Shown here one piece after another: positions 30,353 through 40,597 of a stretch of 64,000 nt of DNA (position 1 is the first letter of the stretch; every line of letters begins with the position of its first letter). A program made the translations under genes and the position numbers. A model generated the notes under the pieces. The model was not told where the DNA came from and ran no database searches. It was given only the letters and a program-made list of their open reading frames with translations. Source of the DNA: an uncultured Roseivirga sp. Lineage in GTDB: Bacteria; Bacteroidota; Bacteroidia; Cytophagales; Cyclobacteriaceae. The stretch is taken from assembly GCA_947493005.1 (NCBI GenBank), contig CANLOY010000002.1:461810-525809 (forward strand), in the 5' to 3' direction.

Positions 30353-30627
30353 TGACAATTCGATATACAAAGCAGTTTCTGAATAAGTTAGAAGACATCT
30401 TTGCAGAATCTGACTATGTATTAAGATATGAAAAAGGCAATTTCAAATCTGGGTATTGTTTATTGAAAGATACTAAAGTTGCCATTGTCAATAAATATTA
30501 CACTACAGAAGGAAAGATCAGTTGCCTTATAGATATCTTGAAGTCTGTTGAAATCGATAAAGCAACACTCAGCGACAAGAATGCTGCTCTTTTAATGGAA
30601 CTATCTCAAACGACTCTTAAACTGTGA
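30352..30627 (+). CDS. Conserved hypothetical protein
   Basis: LRYEKGNFKSGYC segment; translationally coupled on both sides. Confidence 0.75.
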   Translation: MTIRYTKQFLNKLEDIFAESDYVLRYEKGNFKSGYCLLKDTKVAIVNKYYTTEGKISCLIDILKSVEIDKATLSDKNAALLMELSQTTLKL

Positions 30628-31385
30628 AAGTAACAATACTGGGTTCAGGCACTTCTCAAGGAGTTCCTGTTATTGGTTGTTCTTGTGAAGTATGTCGTTC
30701 GTTGGATTTCAGAGATAAGAGACTAAGAGTCTCCATACATATTGAAATTGATGATCTAAGTTTGATAATTGATTCCGGACCTGATTTCAGGCAACAGGTA
30801 CTTCGTGAAAGAATTACTAGACTAGATGCCTTAATCTTTACTCACGAGCACAAAGACCATACAGCTGGAATGGATGATATCAGATCATTCAACTTTCTTC
30901 AGAAAACAGACATGCCTGTTTATGCAAGAGACAGTGTAATAAACCAATTAAAGCAGGAGTTTGCCTATGTTTTTTCTGAAGATAAATACCCAGGTGTACC
31001 TCAGATTAAAATTATTCCAATAGAAAACACTCCTTTCAAGATACAAAATACAGAAATCACCCCCATTGAGGTAATGCATTACAAACTACCTGTTTTTGGA
31101 TTTAGGCTAAAAGACTTCACATACATAACAGATGCTAAAACGATTTCAGAAACTGAAAAAAACAAGATAAGGGGATCAAAAGTACTTGTACTTGATGCGT
31201 TACAGAAAGAAGATCACATAAGCCACCTTACTCTTGAAGAGGCCATTGAACTTGCTCAAGAACTTGAAATAGAAACCACCTACCTAACACACATCAGTCA
31301 TAAAATGGGACTTCATAAAAAGGTTAATGCTCAGCTTCCCGAAAACATTAAACTAGCTTACGATGGACTCGTAATAGAGTCATAA
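30624..31385 (+). CDS. PhnP-like metallo-beta-lactamase fold hydrolase
   Basis: LGSGTSQGVP, IDSGPDFRQQ, THEHKDH, YITD, THISH. Confidence 0.93.
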   Translation: MKVTILGSGTSQGVPVIGCSCEVCRSLDFRDKRLRVSIHIEIDDLSLIIDSGPDFRQQVLRERITRLDALIFTHEHKDHTAGMDDIRSFNFLQKTDMPVYARDSVINQLKQEFAYVFSEDKYPGVPQIKIIPIENTPFKIQNTEITPIEVMHYKLPVFGFRLKDFTYITDAKTISETEKNKIRGSKVLVLDALQKEDHISHLTLEEAIELAQELEIETTYLTHISHKMGLHKKVNAQLPENIKLAYDGLVIES

Positions 31386-32950
31386 TGCAGTTCAACTATT
31401 ACACACTCAAAAGACTTTCAAAAGAACTTCAAGTTGTTCTTAATAACGCTACCTGGTTTGAGTCATTCAGTCAACAGAAAGATGAACTCATAATTACACT
31501 TAAGACGGAGAGTTCGAATACATTCTATATAAGATGTACGCTTAGTAACGACTTTAACTGTCTCTCTTTTCCAGAAGAGTTTTCTAAGAGCAGGAAGAAC
31601 GTAGTCAAACTCTTCGACCAGCTTCAAGGCTTGAAAGTGCTCAGTGTAGAACAATACCGGAACGAAAGGGCTTTTTCTTTTCACTTTGAAAAACAACTCT
31701 GTTTAGTTTTTAAGCTGTTCGGTAACAGAGCCAATGTAATTTTATATTCAAGCAACGAAACCCCTTCAATACTATTCAAGAATAAGCTATCGACAGATTA
31801 TAACATAGTTCCTGAAACACTACACAGGAAAATCAACTTAGATTTTGAGCTTTTTAAAAGGAACCCCGATGTTCATTCATTCTTTCCAACCTTGGGTAAG
31901 ATTGGGAAAAAATACCTATCTGAAAGTGACTATGATCAACTTTCAGTGGAAGAGCAGTGGAAGTTTCTGTTGGAATTGGACACCCAGTTAAATATCGATC
32001 CATTTTTGATTCTTCATACAGACAGCAAACCATCACTTAGTTTGCTCCCTATTAACGACTTAAAGCATGAGGCTTTAAACAGAAGTGCCATTTATTCATT
32101 AAACTCATTCTATTTATATTTTACAAAGGTTTATTTCGTAAAACTTAAAAAAGAAAAAGCACTGCTTTCCTTGAGGCAGAAGGTTAAGAAATGTGAGAAT
32201 TACATTTCTAAAACCAGCGTCAAACTAAACACCTTGAAGACGGAAACTCCGCCTAACCAGTTAGCCGATATCATAATGGCTAACCTACATAAAATACCCA
32301 AAGGAGCCTCTTCTACCACTCTTTTCAATTTTTATAATAGCAGTGAGGTCAAAATAAAGCTCAAAAAAGAAGATAGCCCTCAAAAAAATGCAGAAAGGCT
32401 ATACAGGAAGGGAAAGAATAGGGAATTAGAGATAGACAATCTTAAAAAGAATATCAGAGCTAAAGAAGAAGTGGTTTTATACACCATGGAGTTGATGGAA
32501 AAAATCGAATCTGTAAATCAGATGAGGGATTTACGCAAAATTCTAAAATCAGATGTTGAATTACCAAACAAAACCAATGAAGGAACTAAACCTTATAAAG
32601 AATTCAATTATATGGGTTTTAGAATTTGGGTTGGCAAAAATGCAAAGTCTAATGATTTGTTAACCTTGAAACACACATTTAAAGACGACTTATGGCTTCA
32701 TGCAAAGGATACACCAGGCTCTCATGTCGTTATCAAGTACATCGCAGGAAGGAATACTCCCAACGCAGTAATAGAAAAGGCCGCAGAAATTGCAGCCTAC
32801 TATTCTAAACGTAAGACAGACTCATTGGCTCCAGTCATCTATACACCTGCCAAATATGTACGAAAGCGAAAAGGAAGCCCACCTGGAGCAGTAATTGTCG
32901 AAAAAGAGAATGTACTGATGGTCCCCCCGAAACTTAGTCTCAAAGACTAA
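31385..32950 (+). CDS. NFACT domain protein (FbpA/RqcH-like)
   Basis: SQQKDEL, QYRNER; C-terminal NFACT-R VGKNAKSNDLL, WLHAKDTPGSHV, AAYYSK. Confidence 0.88.
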   Translation: MQFNYYTLKRLSKELQVVLNNATWFESFSQQKDELIITLKTESSNTFYIRCTLSNDFNCLSFPEEFSKSRKNVVKLFDQLQGLKVLSVEQYRNERAFSFHFEKQLCLVFKLFGNRANVILYSSNETPSILFKNKLSTDYNIVPETLHRKINLDFELFKRNPDVHSFFPTLGKIGKKYLSESDYDQLSVEEQWKFLLELDTQLNIDPFLILHTDSKPSLSLLPINDLKHEALNRSAIYSLNSFYLYFTKVYFVKLKKEKALLSLRQKVKKCENYISKTSVKLNTLKTETPPNQLADIIMANLHKIPKGASSTTLFNFYNSSEVKIKLKKEDSPQKNAERLYRKGKNRELEIDNLKKNIRAKEEVVLYTMELMEKIESVNQMRDLRKILKSDVELPNKTNEGTKPYKEFNYMGFRIWVGKNAKSNDLLTLKHTFKDDLWLHAKDTPGSHVVIKYIAGRNTPNAVIEKAAEIAAYYSKRKTDSLAPVIYTPAKYVRKRKGSPPGAVIVEKENVLMVPPKLSLKD

Positions 32951-34380
32951 TCTGCAACATTCAACTTTAGCATATTAGTTCTACCTTTCTCATGTATAGG
33001 CATACTGGCAGTTGTAATGAAAGTATCTCCAGAATTAAGGTGACCATGCTCTTTAAGTATGCTTTCCTGATCATTGAATGTTTCATCAGTAGAAACAATA
33101 TTATCATAACTAAAGGCCTCGACTCCCCAAACCAAACTCAGTTTCGTTAGAAGGTTCTCATTAGGTGTAAATATGAATATTTGAGCCTTTGGTCTACTTG
33201 AAGAAAGCTTAAATGCGGTATAACCAGAAACTGTGTTACCTACAATAGCCTTAGCCCCTACTCTATCACTCAATTTGCAGGCACCATACAAGATGTTATC
33301 ATTCATGAAAGTCTCACTATCTCTAACAGGTACTCCTACCTTGTCATAAATATTACCAGAGTGCTCTACAGAGGCAATAGTTCTTGCCATTGTTTGAACA
33401 GTTTCAACAGGGTACTTACCTGCCGCAGTCTCCGCAGAAAGCATCATCGCATCTGCTCCATCCATTACAGCATTAGCCACATCATTAGTTTCTGCTCTAG
33501 TTGGCCTGGGGTTTTTTATCATACTCTCCATCATCTGTGTAGCAATGATCACAGGTTTAGCTGCCTGATTACACTTTTCCACCATCATTTTTTGGGCCAT
33601 TGGCACTTCCTCCATGACTATTTCAACTCCCAGGTCGCCCCTTGCTACCATTAAAGCATCAGCTTCAGCTATAATTTCATCTATATTCTGTAAAGCTTCT
33701 GGTTTTTCAACTTTAGCAATCACTCGTACATCCTTACCCGATTTAGCAATTCGACTCTTCAAGTCCACTATATCCTGAGCACTCCTGACAAAAGACAATG
33801 CTACCCAATCTACTTCCTGCTCAATACCAAATTCCAAATCCTTTTTATCCTTTTCCGTTAATGCCGGAGCCGAAACCTTTGTAAAAGGAAGGTTAATACC
33901 CTTTCTGGATTTTAGTGAGCCTCCATATTTCACTTCACATATAACTTCCGTACCCTTTACCTCTTTTACTATAAGTTCAAGGTTGCCATCATCAATCAAT
34001 ATCATATCTCCCACTTTGACATCATCCGGCAATGCTTTATATGAAGTACTAACTTTTTCAGGGGTACCAACACAAGTCTCTGTAGTAATGATCAACTTAT
34101 TCCCCGGCTCTATAAACACTTCTCCGTTTTCTACCATTTCAACACGGATCTTTGGACCTTGAAGATCTTGAAGAATGGAGATATGCATTCCAAGTTCTTT
34201 ATTTACCTCTCTTATACGCTGGACCACCTCTCTATGTGTTTCGTGTTCTCCGTGTGAAAAGTTTAACCTAAACACATTTACACCCGCTTTTGCCAAAGCT
34301 ATGAGCATTTCCTTCGATTGGCTGGCAGGCCCCACTGTTGCCACTATTTTGGCTCGTTTGTTTATTTCAAGTTGACCCAT
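32947..34380 (-). CDS. pyk: Pyruvate kinase
   Basis: KIVATVGP, RLNFSHG, DLQGPKIR, AKVEK, MVARGDLG, TRAETNDVAN. Confidence 0.98.
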   Translation of the reverse strand: MGQLEINKRAKIVATVGPASQSKEMLIALAKAGVNVFRLNFSHGEHETHREVVQRIREVNKELGMHISILQDLQGPKIRVEMVENGEVFIEPGNKLIITTETCVGTPEKVSTSYKALPDDVKVGDMILIDDGNLELIVKEVKGTEVICEVKYGGSLKSRKGINLPFTKVSAPALTEKDKKDLEFGIEQEVDWVALSFVRSAQDIVDLKSRIAKSGKDVRVIAKVEKPEALQNIDEIIAEADALMVARGDLGVEIVMEEVPMAQKMMVEKCNQAAKPVIIATQMMESMIKNPRPTRAETNDVANAVMDGADAMMLSAETAAGKYPVETVQTMARTIASVEHSGNIYDKVGVPVRDSETFMNDNILYGACKLSDRVGAKAIVGNTVSGYTAFKLSSSRPKAQIFIFTPNENLLTKLSLVWGVEAFSYDNIVSTDETFNDQESILKEHGHLNSGDTFITTASMPIHEKGRTNMLKLNVAD

Positions 34381-34382
34381 TA

Positions 34383-34811
34383 TTAGAATATAAGGTTATC
34401 TCTGGATTTCAAGGATTCAATATTCACCTTTGTGGCGAATTGAACGAAAGGTATTTCTTTGATTTTGCTAAAAAAAACATTCTCATCGAAAGTACTGGAT
34501 TCGTTTTCCAAAACAATGAAGTAGTCAAAGTTCTTCATCTCAGGAACTATAAAGGCATCAAATTGCCCCTCGCTTTCTTCTGCTCTGTTCCTAAGTAGCC
34601 TGATAGTTCTGTAAGTATCCTGATCCAGGTAATTTACAATGCTCAAATTACGACCTGCCGTAAAGCTCAGTTCTATATTGTCTTTTTTAGAAAGATCAAT
34701 TTTCAACTGATTATTAACACTCCAAGCTAGTTTATATGCCTTAACATTTGCATTCAATGCGAATAATGAAAAGTCATAATCATAAGTGATCTCTAGCTTA
34801 TTTTTAGCCAT
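34383..34811 (-). CDS. IPExxxVDY-type conserved protein
   Basis: YKLAWSVN and IVPEMKNFDYF motifs; typical position between pyk and acpP. Confidence 0.75.
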   Translation of the reverse strand: MAKNKLEITYDYDFSLFALNANVKAYKLAWSVNNQLKIDLSKKDNIELSFTAGRNLSIVNYLDQDTYRTIRLLRNRAEESEGQFDAFIVPEMKNFDYFIVLENESSTFDENVFFSKIKEIPFVQFATKVNIESLKSRDNLIF

Positions 34812-34922
34812 AATTGCTAAAATTACCGTTATTAAAGGCCTTTGACAAGATTAAAAAATTTGTTTGACATTAACTGTAAATTGCATTTCTTTGCACGGAG
34901 TTTTAACTAAATAATATCCAAA

Positions 34923-35159
34923 ATGTCAGAAATAGCATCAAAAGTTAAGAGTATCATTATAGATAAATTGGGGGTTGAAGATTCTGAAGTTACAGCCGAA
35001 GCTAGCTTCACGAATGATTTAGGCGCTGATTCTCTTGACACAGTGGAATTGATTATGGAATTCGAAAAAGAATTCAATATTTCTATTCCTGATGACCAAG
35101 CTGAGAATATTGCCACTGTTGGTGATGCAATCTCTTATTTGGAAGCAAACGTACAATAA
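34923..35159 (+). CDS. acpP: Acyl carrier protein
   Basis: [20 protein letters not shown]. Confidence 0.98.
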   Translation: MSEIASKVKSIIIDKLGVEDSEVTAEASFTNDLGADSLDTVELIMEFEKEFNISIPDDQAENIATVGDAISYLEANVQ

Positions 35160-35186
35160 TATTTTCCTTACTATTACGACTCAAGT

Positions 35187-36437
35187 ATGCAATTGAAACG
35201 AGTTGTAGTCACTGGACTTGGCGCACTTACACCATTAGGCAACAATCTGAATGATTACTGGAATAACCTAAAAAAAGGTGTAAGTGGAGCCGGCCCGATC
35301 ACGAAATTCGATCCCGAAAAATTCAAGACCAAATTTGCCTGTGAGGTAAAAGGTTACAATCCTCTTGATCACTTTGATCGCAAAGAGATGAGGAAGATGG
35401 ATCTTTTTACTCAGTACGCAATGGTCACTTCAAAAGAAGCTATTGAAGATTCAGGCTTGGATCTGGATAAAATTGATAAGCTTAAAGCTGGAGTGATCTG
35501 GGGCTCTGGAATTGGGGGTATCAGAACCTTTCAAGAAGAAGTTGAAGGTTTTGTTAGTGGAGATAGAAACCCAAGGTTTAATCCATTTTTCATCCCGAAG
35601 ATGATATCTGATATTTCTGCAGGTATGATCTCTATGAAATATGGTTTTCATGGACCTAACTTCGTTACTGTTTCCGCATGTGCATCTGCAACCAACGCCA
35701 TGATTGATGCAATGACCTATATAAAATTGGGTAAGGCTAAAGTTATGATAACTGGTGGCTCTGAAGCATCTGTTGTTGAAGCGGGAATGGGAGGTTTCAA
35801 TGCGATGAAAGCTCTTTCGGAGAGAAATGACTCTCCAGAAACTGCATCCAGACCTTTTGACAAAGACAGAGATGGTTTTGTACTAGGAGAAGGTTCTGGA
35901 GCAATAATTTTAGAAGAATATGAGCATGCAAAAGCAAGAGGTGCCAGAATCTATGCCGAATTAGTCGGTGGTGGTATGTCTGCCGATGCACACCATATAA
36001 CCGCTCCACATCCAGAAGGCTTAGGTGCTTATAATGTGATGTTAAATGCTTTAGAAGATGCAGAGATGCAGCCAGAAGAAGTTGACTACATCAATGTACA
36101 TGGCACATCGACTCCATTGGGTGATGTCAGCGAGGTAATTGCTATTGAACGTGTTTTTGGCGATCATGCTTATAACCTCAACATCAGCTCAACAAAATCC
36201 ATGACGGGACACTTATTAGGTGCAGCGGGGGCAATTGAAGCCATAGCAAGTATTATGGCCATTAAGGAACAGATTATTCCTCCTACAATTAACCACTTCA
36301 CTGATGATGAGCGTTTTGATCCCAAGCTGAATTTCACATTTAATAAAGCCCAAGAAAGAGAAGTAAGAGCTGCATTAAGTAATACATTCGGCTTTGGCGG
36401 ACATAATACTTCGGTAGTCTTTAGAAAAATTGATTAA
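35187..36437 (+). CDS. fabF: 3-oxoacyl-ACP synthase II
   Basis: RVVVTGLG, VSACAS, AHHITAP, NVHGTST, KSMTGHLLG, NTFGFGG. Confidence 0.97.
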   Translation: MQLKRVVVTGLGALTPLGNNLNDYWNNLKKGVSGAGPITKFDPEKFKTKFACEVKGYNPLDHFDRKEMRKMDLFTQYAMVTSKEAIEDSGLDLDKIDKLKAGVIWGSGIGGIRTFQEEVEGFVSGDRNPRFNPFFIPKMISDISAGMISMKYGFHGPNFVTVSACASATNAMIDAMTYIKLGKAKVMITGGSEASVVEAGMGGFNAMKALSERNDSPETASRPFDKDRDGFVLGEGSGAIILEEYEHAKARGARIYAELVGGGMSADAHHITAPHPEGLGAYNVMLNALEDAEMQPEEVDYINVHGTSTPLGDVSEVIAIERVFGDHAYNLNISSTKSMTGHLLGAAGAIEAIASIMAIKEQIIPPTINHFTDDERFDPKLNFTFNKAQEREVRAALSNTFGFGGHNTSVVFRKID

Positions 36438-37183
36438 TGATTCGGTTGACATCTAACCGCTTGAAATCAGTTTTCAAAATATATTCAAAAGAAGAAAAAC
36501 GGCTTTCTGCCTCAATCAAAATGATTGTGGGCAGTAAGCCGTTTAATTTAAAACCCTACCAAATAGCCGTGCAACACACCTCCGTTGCTAAATCGGTGAA
36601 AAAAGGGTTTAAAGAATCCAATGAGAGGTTAGAGTACCTCGGAGATGCTGTCCTGGGTATGGCAGTCGCTGATTATCTATTTAAAAAATTTCCTTTTAAA
36701 GATGAAGGGTTCCTTACCGAATTAAGATCTAGGATAGTCAGTCGAGATTCGTTAAATAATGTTGCTCGTACAATTGGCGTTCCTCAAATTGTACAGTTTG
36801 ATAAAAAAAGAAAAACACCCAATTCTCATAAATCACTGTATGGCAATGCTTTAGAGGCACTGATTGGCGCCATTTATATTGACAAGGGGTTTCAATTTAC
36901 CAAACGCTTTATTTTTAAAAAACTGCTCCAGCCACACTTTGATCTCGAAGAGATTATTAACACAACAAAGAATTACAAAAGTAAACTCATTGAATGGTCA
37001 CAGAAGAACGCTAAAACTCCTAGCTTTGACCATATAGAAACCAAGGATAAAGGGCATTTCAAAGAGTTTATTGTCCAGGTTCTTATTGACGAAGAACCAA
37101 TTGCCAAAGGCCATGGTTTAAGTAAAAAGAAAGCAGAGCAAGACGCTGCTCGCGAGGCATGTATCATTCTTGAACTAGAGTAA
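36437..37183 (+). CDS. rnc: Ribonuclease III
   Basis: NERLEYLGDAVL, NALEALIGAIY, dsRBD with SKKKAEQDAA. Confidence 0.96.
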   Translation: MIRLTSNRLKSVFKIYSKEEKRLSASIKMIVGSKPFNLKPYQIAVQHTSVAKSVKKGFKESNERLEYLGDAVLGMAVADYLFKKFPFKDEGFLTELRSRIVSRDSLNNVARTIGVPQIVQFDKKRKTPNSHKSLYGNALEALIGAIYIDKGFQFTKRFIFKKLLQPHFDLEEIINTTKNYKSKLIEWSQKNAKTPSFDHIETKDKGHFKEFIVQVLIDEEPIAKGHGLSKKKAEQDAAREACIILELE

Positions 37184-39039
37184 TGCGAAAATATAGAATT
37201 GCCGGTGCAACAGTCAATCAAACACCCTTAGATTGGAGTGGCAATATCGCGAACATTAAAAATGTTCTTAAAGAGGCTAAAGAGTCAAATGTTGAGATTC
37301 TGTGTTTGCCAGAACTTTCCATTACAGGCTATGGCTGTGAAGACCTTTTTCTAAGTAATTGGCTTCCTGAGAAAGCTTTAACCTTTTTGCCAAACCTAAT
37401 TGCCGAAACAGCCGGTCTTTTCACAACCTTCAACCTACCAATAAGGCATAGAGACCAGCTTTATAATTGCTCTGTTGTTGTATATGATAAATCAATATTG
37501 GGGGTTTATGCTAAACAATACATGGCTTTGGACGGGGTACACTATGAACCTCGCTGGTTTAATCCATGGCCTATAAATACCGTTGAGTCAATCACTCTTT
37601 TTGGCAAGCCCTATGAAATCGGTGATCTGACTTTTGATTTTAAAGAGTGGAAGATTGGTTTTGAGATTTGCGAAGATGCATGGCGTGGAAATGACAGACC
37701 TGCTTGCAGATTATTCGAAAAAGGGGTTAACCTGATTCTGAACCCCAGTGCAAGCCATTTCGCTATGCAGAAAACTCATGATCGCATAGAACTGGTAAAA
37801 AAATCATCTAAGGATTTCAATTGCACATATGTTTATAGTAACCTGCTTGGTAATGAGGCCGGGCGCATGATCTATGATGGGGAAATCATCATTGCTCAAA
37901 ACGGTCAGACTTACCTTAGGAATGAACTACTGTCATTCCATCCCTTCCAACTAAAATATTTGGACATTAACGTTAAAGAGACTTCAAATCCAAAGGAGGA
38001 AAAAGTTGCTATTCCAGATATTAAAGAAATAGAATTTCCAAAAGCTACTGCATTAGCACTTTTTGATTACCTAAGAAAGAGCAGAAGTAATGGTTATACC
38101 CTCTCTTTAAGTGGTGGAGCCGATTCAGCTACGTGTGCGGTTATGGTTGCGGAAATGGTAAAACGAGGAATTGATACACTAGGAAAAAAAACATTCCTAA
38201 AAGCAATTAATAAAACCGAGCTTGAAACACTTTCAGAAAAAGATATCGTAGGTAGGTTATTCAATACAGCATATCAAGGTACAAGCAACTCCTCAAGCAC
38301 TACGCTTAAAGCAGCAAGAACTCTCGCAGAATCTATTGGCGCTAAATTTCATTATTGGACAATAGATGAACCTGTTAATGCCAATATTGAGATTATCGAA
38401 AATGCTATCGAGCGAAAGCTCACCTGGAAGAATGACGATCTGGCTTTGCAAAATATCCAAGCCAGGTCCCGAAGTCCTATTATCTGGATGTTGACTAACA
38501 TCACAAATACACTATTGCTGACCACATCTAATAGAAGTGAAGGTGATGTTGGATACGCTACAATGGATGGAGATACCAGTGGAAGTTTAGCACCTATTTC
38601 TAGTGTAGATAAGCATTTTATCAGGAAATGGTTAAAGTTTGCAGAGAGCGAATTGGGCTATGAAGGGCTAGCTTCAATAAATATGCTTCCTCCGACCGCT
38701 GAACTCAGGCCATCTGATCAAAATCAGACGGATGAAGATGATTTAATGCCTTATGACCTAATGGTTGAAATAGAAAAGCTTGCCGTTAGAGATCGTAAAT
38801 CACCGGTTCAGGTATTTCAGGAACTATCTGTAAAAAAACATAAAGGCTCGGAGTCACTTAAGTCATATGTAATCAAGTTTTTCAAGCTTTGGAGTAGAAA
38901 TCAATGGAAGAGAGAACGTCTTGCCCCTGCATTTCACCTTGATGAGTTCAATGTTGATCCAAGAACATGGTGCAGGTTCCCTATTCTTTCTGCCGGCTAT
39001 AAAGAAGAAATCAAGCAACTGGAAGAAGTCTCTGATTAA
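37183..39039 (+). CDS. nadE: Glutamine-dependent NAD(+) synthetase
   Basis: Nitrilase domain (PELSITGY, K, EICED) fused to a synthetase domain (LSGGADS, QNIQARSR, TSNRSE, PTAEL). Confidence 0.95.
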   Translation: MRKYRIAGATVNQTPLDWSGNIANIKNVLKEAKESNVEILCLPELSITGYGCEDLFLSNWLPEKALTFLPNLIAETAGLFTTFNLPIRHRDQLYNCSVVVYDKSILGVYAKQYMALDGVHYEPRWFNPWPINTVESITLFGKPYEIGDLTFDFKEWKIGFEICEDAWRGNDRPACRLFEKGVNLILNPSASHFAMQKTHDRIELVKKSSKDFNCTYVYSNLLGNEAGRMIYDGEIIIAQNGQTYLRNELLSFHPFQLKYLDINVKETSNPKEEKVAIPDIKEIEFPKATALALFDYLRKSRSNGYTLSLSGGADSATCAVMVAEMVKRGIDTLGKKTFLKAINKTELETLSEKDIVGRLFNTAYQGTSNSSSTTLKAARTLAESIGAKFHYWTIDEPVNANIEIIENAIERKLTWKNDDLALQNIQARSRSPIIWMLTNITNTLLLTTSNRSEGDVGYATMDGDTSGSLAPISSVDKHFIRKWLKFAESELGYEGLASINMLPPTAELRPSDQNQTDEDDLMPYDLMVEIEKLAVRDRKSPVQVFQELSVKKHKGSESLKSYVIKFFKLWSRNQWKRERLAPAFHLDEFNVDPRTWCRFPILSAGYKEEIKQLEEVSD

Positions 39040-39072
39040 ATCTCGATCTTCCTTTCTAAGGTTGAAATAAAT

Positions 39073-39131
39073 TTAGTCTCCTAACATCTTAACTTTAATA
39101 CGAGTCTAAGTTTAAGATATTAGAAGACTAA
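39073..39131 (-). terminator. Long imperfect hairpin at the 3' end of the hydrolase operon
   Basis: ttagtctcctaacatcttaa / ttaagatattagaagactaa; the two mismatches become G-U pairs on the minus-strand RNA. Confidence 0.5.
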
Positions 39132-39157
39132 CAAAAACTAAACAAATTAATAAACTA

Positions 39158-40594
39158 CTATTGTGAGCGCTTCTCTAAACGGAAAGCGTCTGATCTATTA
39201 AAGATTTCATTAAAAGCTTCTGTAATACCTGGATGGTTTGCAACTTCCTGGTGATTTACACCTTTTACCAAGTATCTATTTCCATATGGGATTCCATCCA
39301 TTTCCTGGCTTGATAGTGGAATAAAACCATCGCTTTTTTCAAAAACACGCCCTTTACCATGTAAAACAATCTTCACTACTGAACACCCATCCGTGCCAGT
39401 AAATGATGGTTGGCTGGTAAAATCAAATTCGGAACTTGAGTTATTATTAGTTGCATCTCCTGAACACACTAGTCGTGTAGTAAAAGTCTCAGTAGATTGA
39501 TTTCTCGTTGCACCAATTAATTTATAATATTCAGCTTCGAATTGCTTGGACAAATATTTCTCTCCTGCATACCATTTACGAGCCTTTCTTGTATAGCTAC
39601 CATAGCGCCACCACCTAAACCACCTTCGAACCTTGTTATAAATTTTTGCTGTTCGGTAAATATCACGAGCACTATTTCTTGCCTTGAGTATTTTAGTATC
39701 ATCAGCCTGCTCAAATGGTTGATCGTTTGGCTTAAACAAATAAGACCCAACAAATCTCCATACCGCGCCTTCTGATTCCTCACAAATTACAGCTGCCATT
39801 GGTATCTGTCGAGTATGTGTATTAACACTGTCCAAAAACTGGCTATTAGGACTAAGATCCGTAAGCGATTGACGTTCTTCACTAAGGATATGATCAGCGG
39901 ACGAAAACAGTGAAGATTCAACAGATTCAACAACTGAACCAATTACTACATTTAAAATCCCTTCTAGTATACCAAAATTTGGACTTAAACCAGCTCCTCC
40001 ATAAGTCAATGCAACTATAGCGGCCCATTTCCATTTGTCATCTATACTTTTTCCCGTCACAGATTCAATTGTTTCCTTTAAATCTGAAAACAAGTATTGG
40101 TAACCAGCTGCAAATGATAACCCTCGTGAGTCTGACCTTGGACCCTTAAAAAGAATATCTACACCTACCTTTAGGCTTTTATCAAGTCTACCGTTAAGAA
40201 CATTTGAGGCTATTGGAGCTCCCTTATTGGGAGTAGCTACGGTAAGAATTGCTTCAGCAACTTCTGATCCAACAACATCACGTTCCAACTCTCTGGCAAC
40301 CAACCCTCCCATGCTATGGGCTATCATTATTCTTATACTATCATTATATACCAGGCCAGCAGATTCAGCAAATTCAATAGCACTTGCTCGAACTCCATTG
40401 CTAGTTCCATAAGATGGTCTGGTACTATTAACCTTCCTTTGATCTTCAATTACCTTGGCATAAGTTTTCCAAGAACCAGAACCTCCACGCCAACCATGTA
40501 ACCAGTATACCTCAGCATCTTTCTCTTGTGCTTGAATTGTGAAACCACACGCTACTATGAGCAGAGTAAACAATATTTTTCCAATGTATTTCAT
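39158..40594 (-). CDS. Secreted alpha/beta hydrolase (lipase/PGAP1-like)
   Basis: SPI signal; WLHGW, AHSMGG nucleophile elbow, TVATPNKG, SDGFIP, VNHQE. Confidence 0.85.
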   Translation of the reverse strand: MKYIGKILFTLLIVACGFTIQAQEKDAEVYWLHGWRGGSGSWKTYAKVIEDQRKVNSTRPSYGTSNGVRASAIEFAESAGLVYNDSIRIMIAHSMGGLVARELERDVVGSEVAEAILTVATPNKGAPIASNVLNGRLDKSLKVGVDILFKGPRSDSRGLSFAAGYQYLFSDLKETIESVTGKSIDDKWKWAAIVALTYGGAGLSPNFGILEGILNVVIGSVVESVESSLFSSADHILSEERQSLTDLSPNSQFLDSVNTHTRQIPMAAVICEESEGAVWRFVGSYLFKPNDQPFEQADDTKILKARNSARDIYRTAKIYNKVRRWFRWWRYGSYTRKARKWYAGEKYLSKQFEAEYYKLIGATRNQSTETFTTRLVCSGDATNNNSSSEFDFTSQPSFTGTDGCSVVKIVLHGKGRVFEKSDGFIPLSSQEMDGIPYGNRYLVKGVNHQEVANHPGITEAFNEIFNRSDAFRLEKRSQ

Positions 40595-40597
40595 GAG

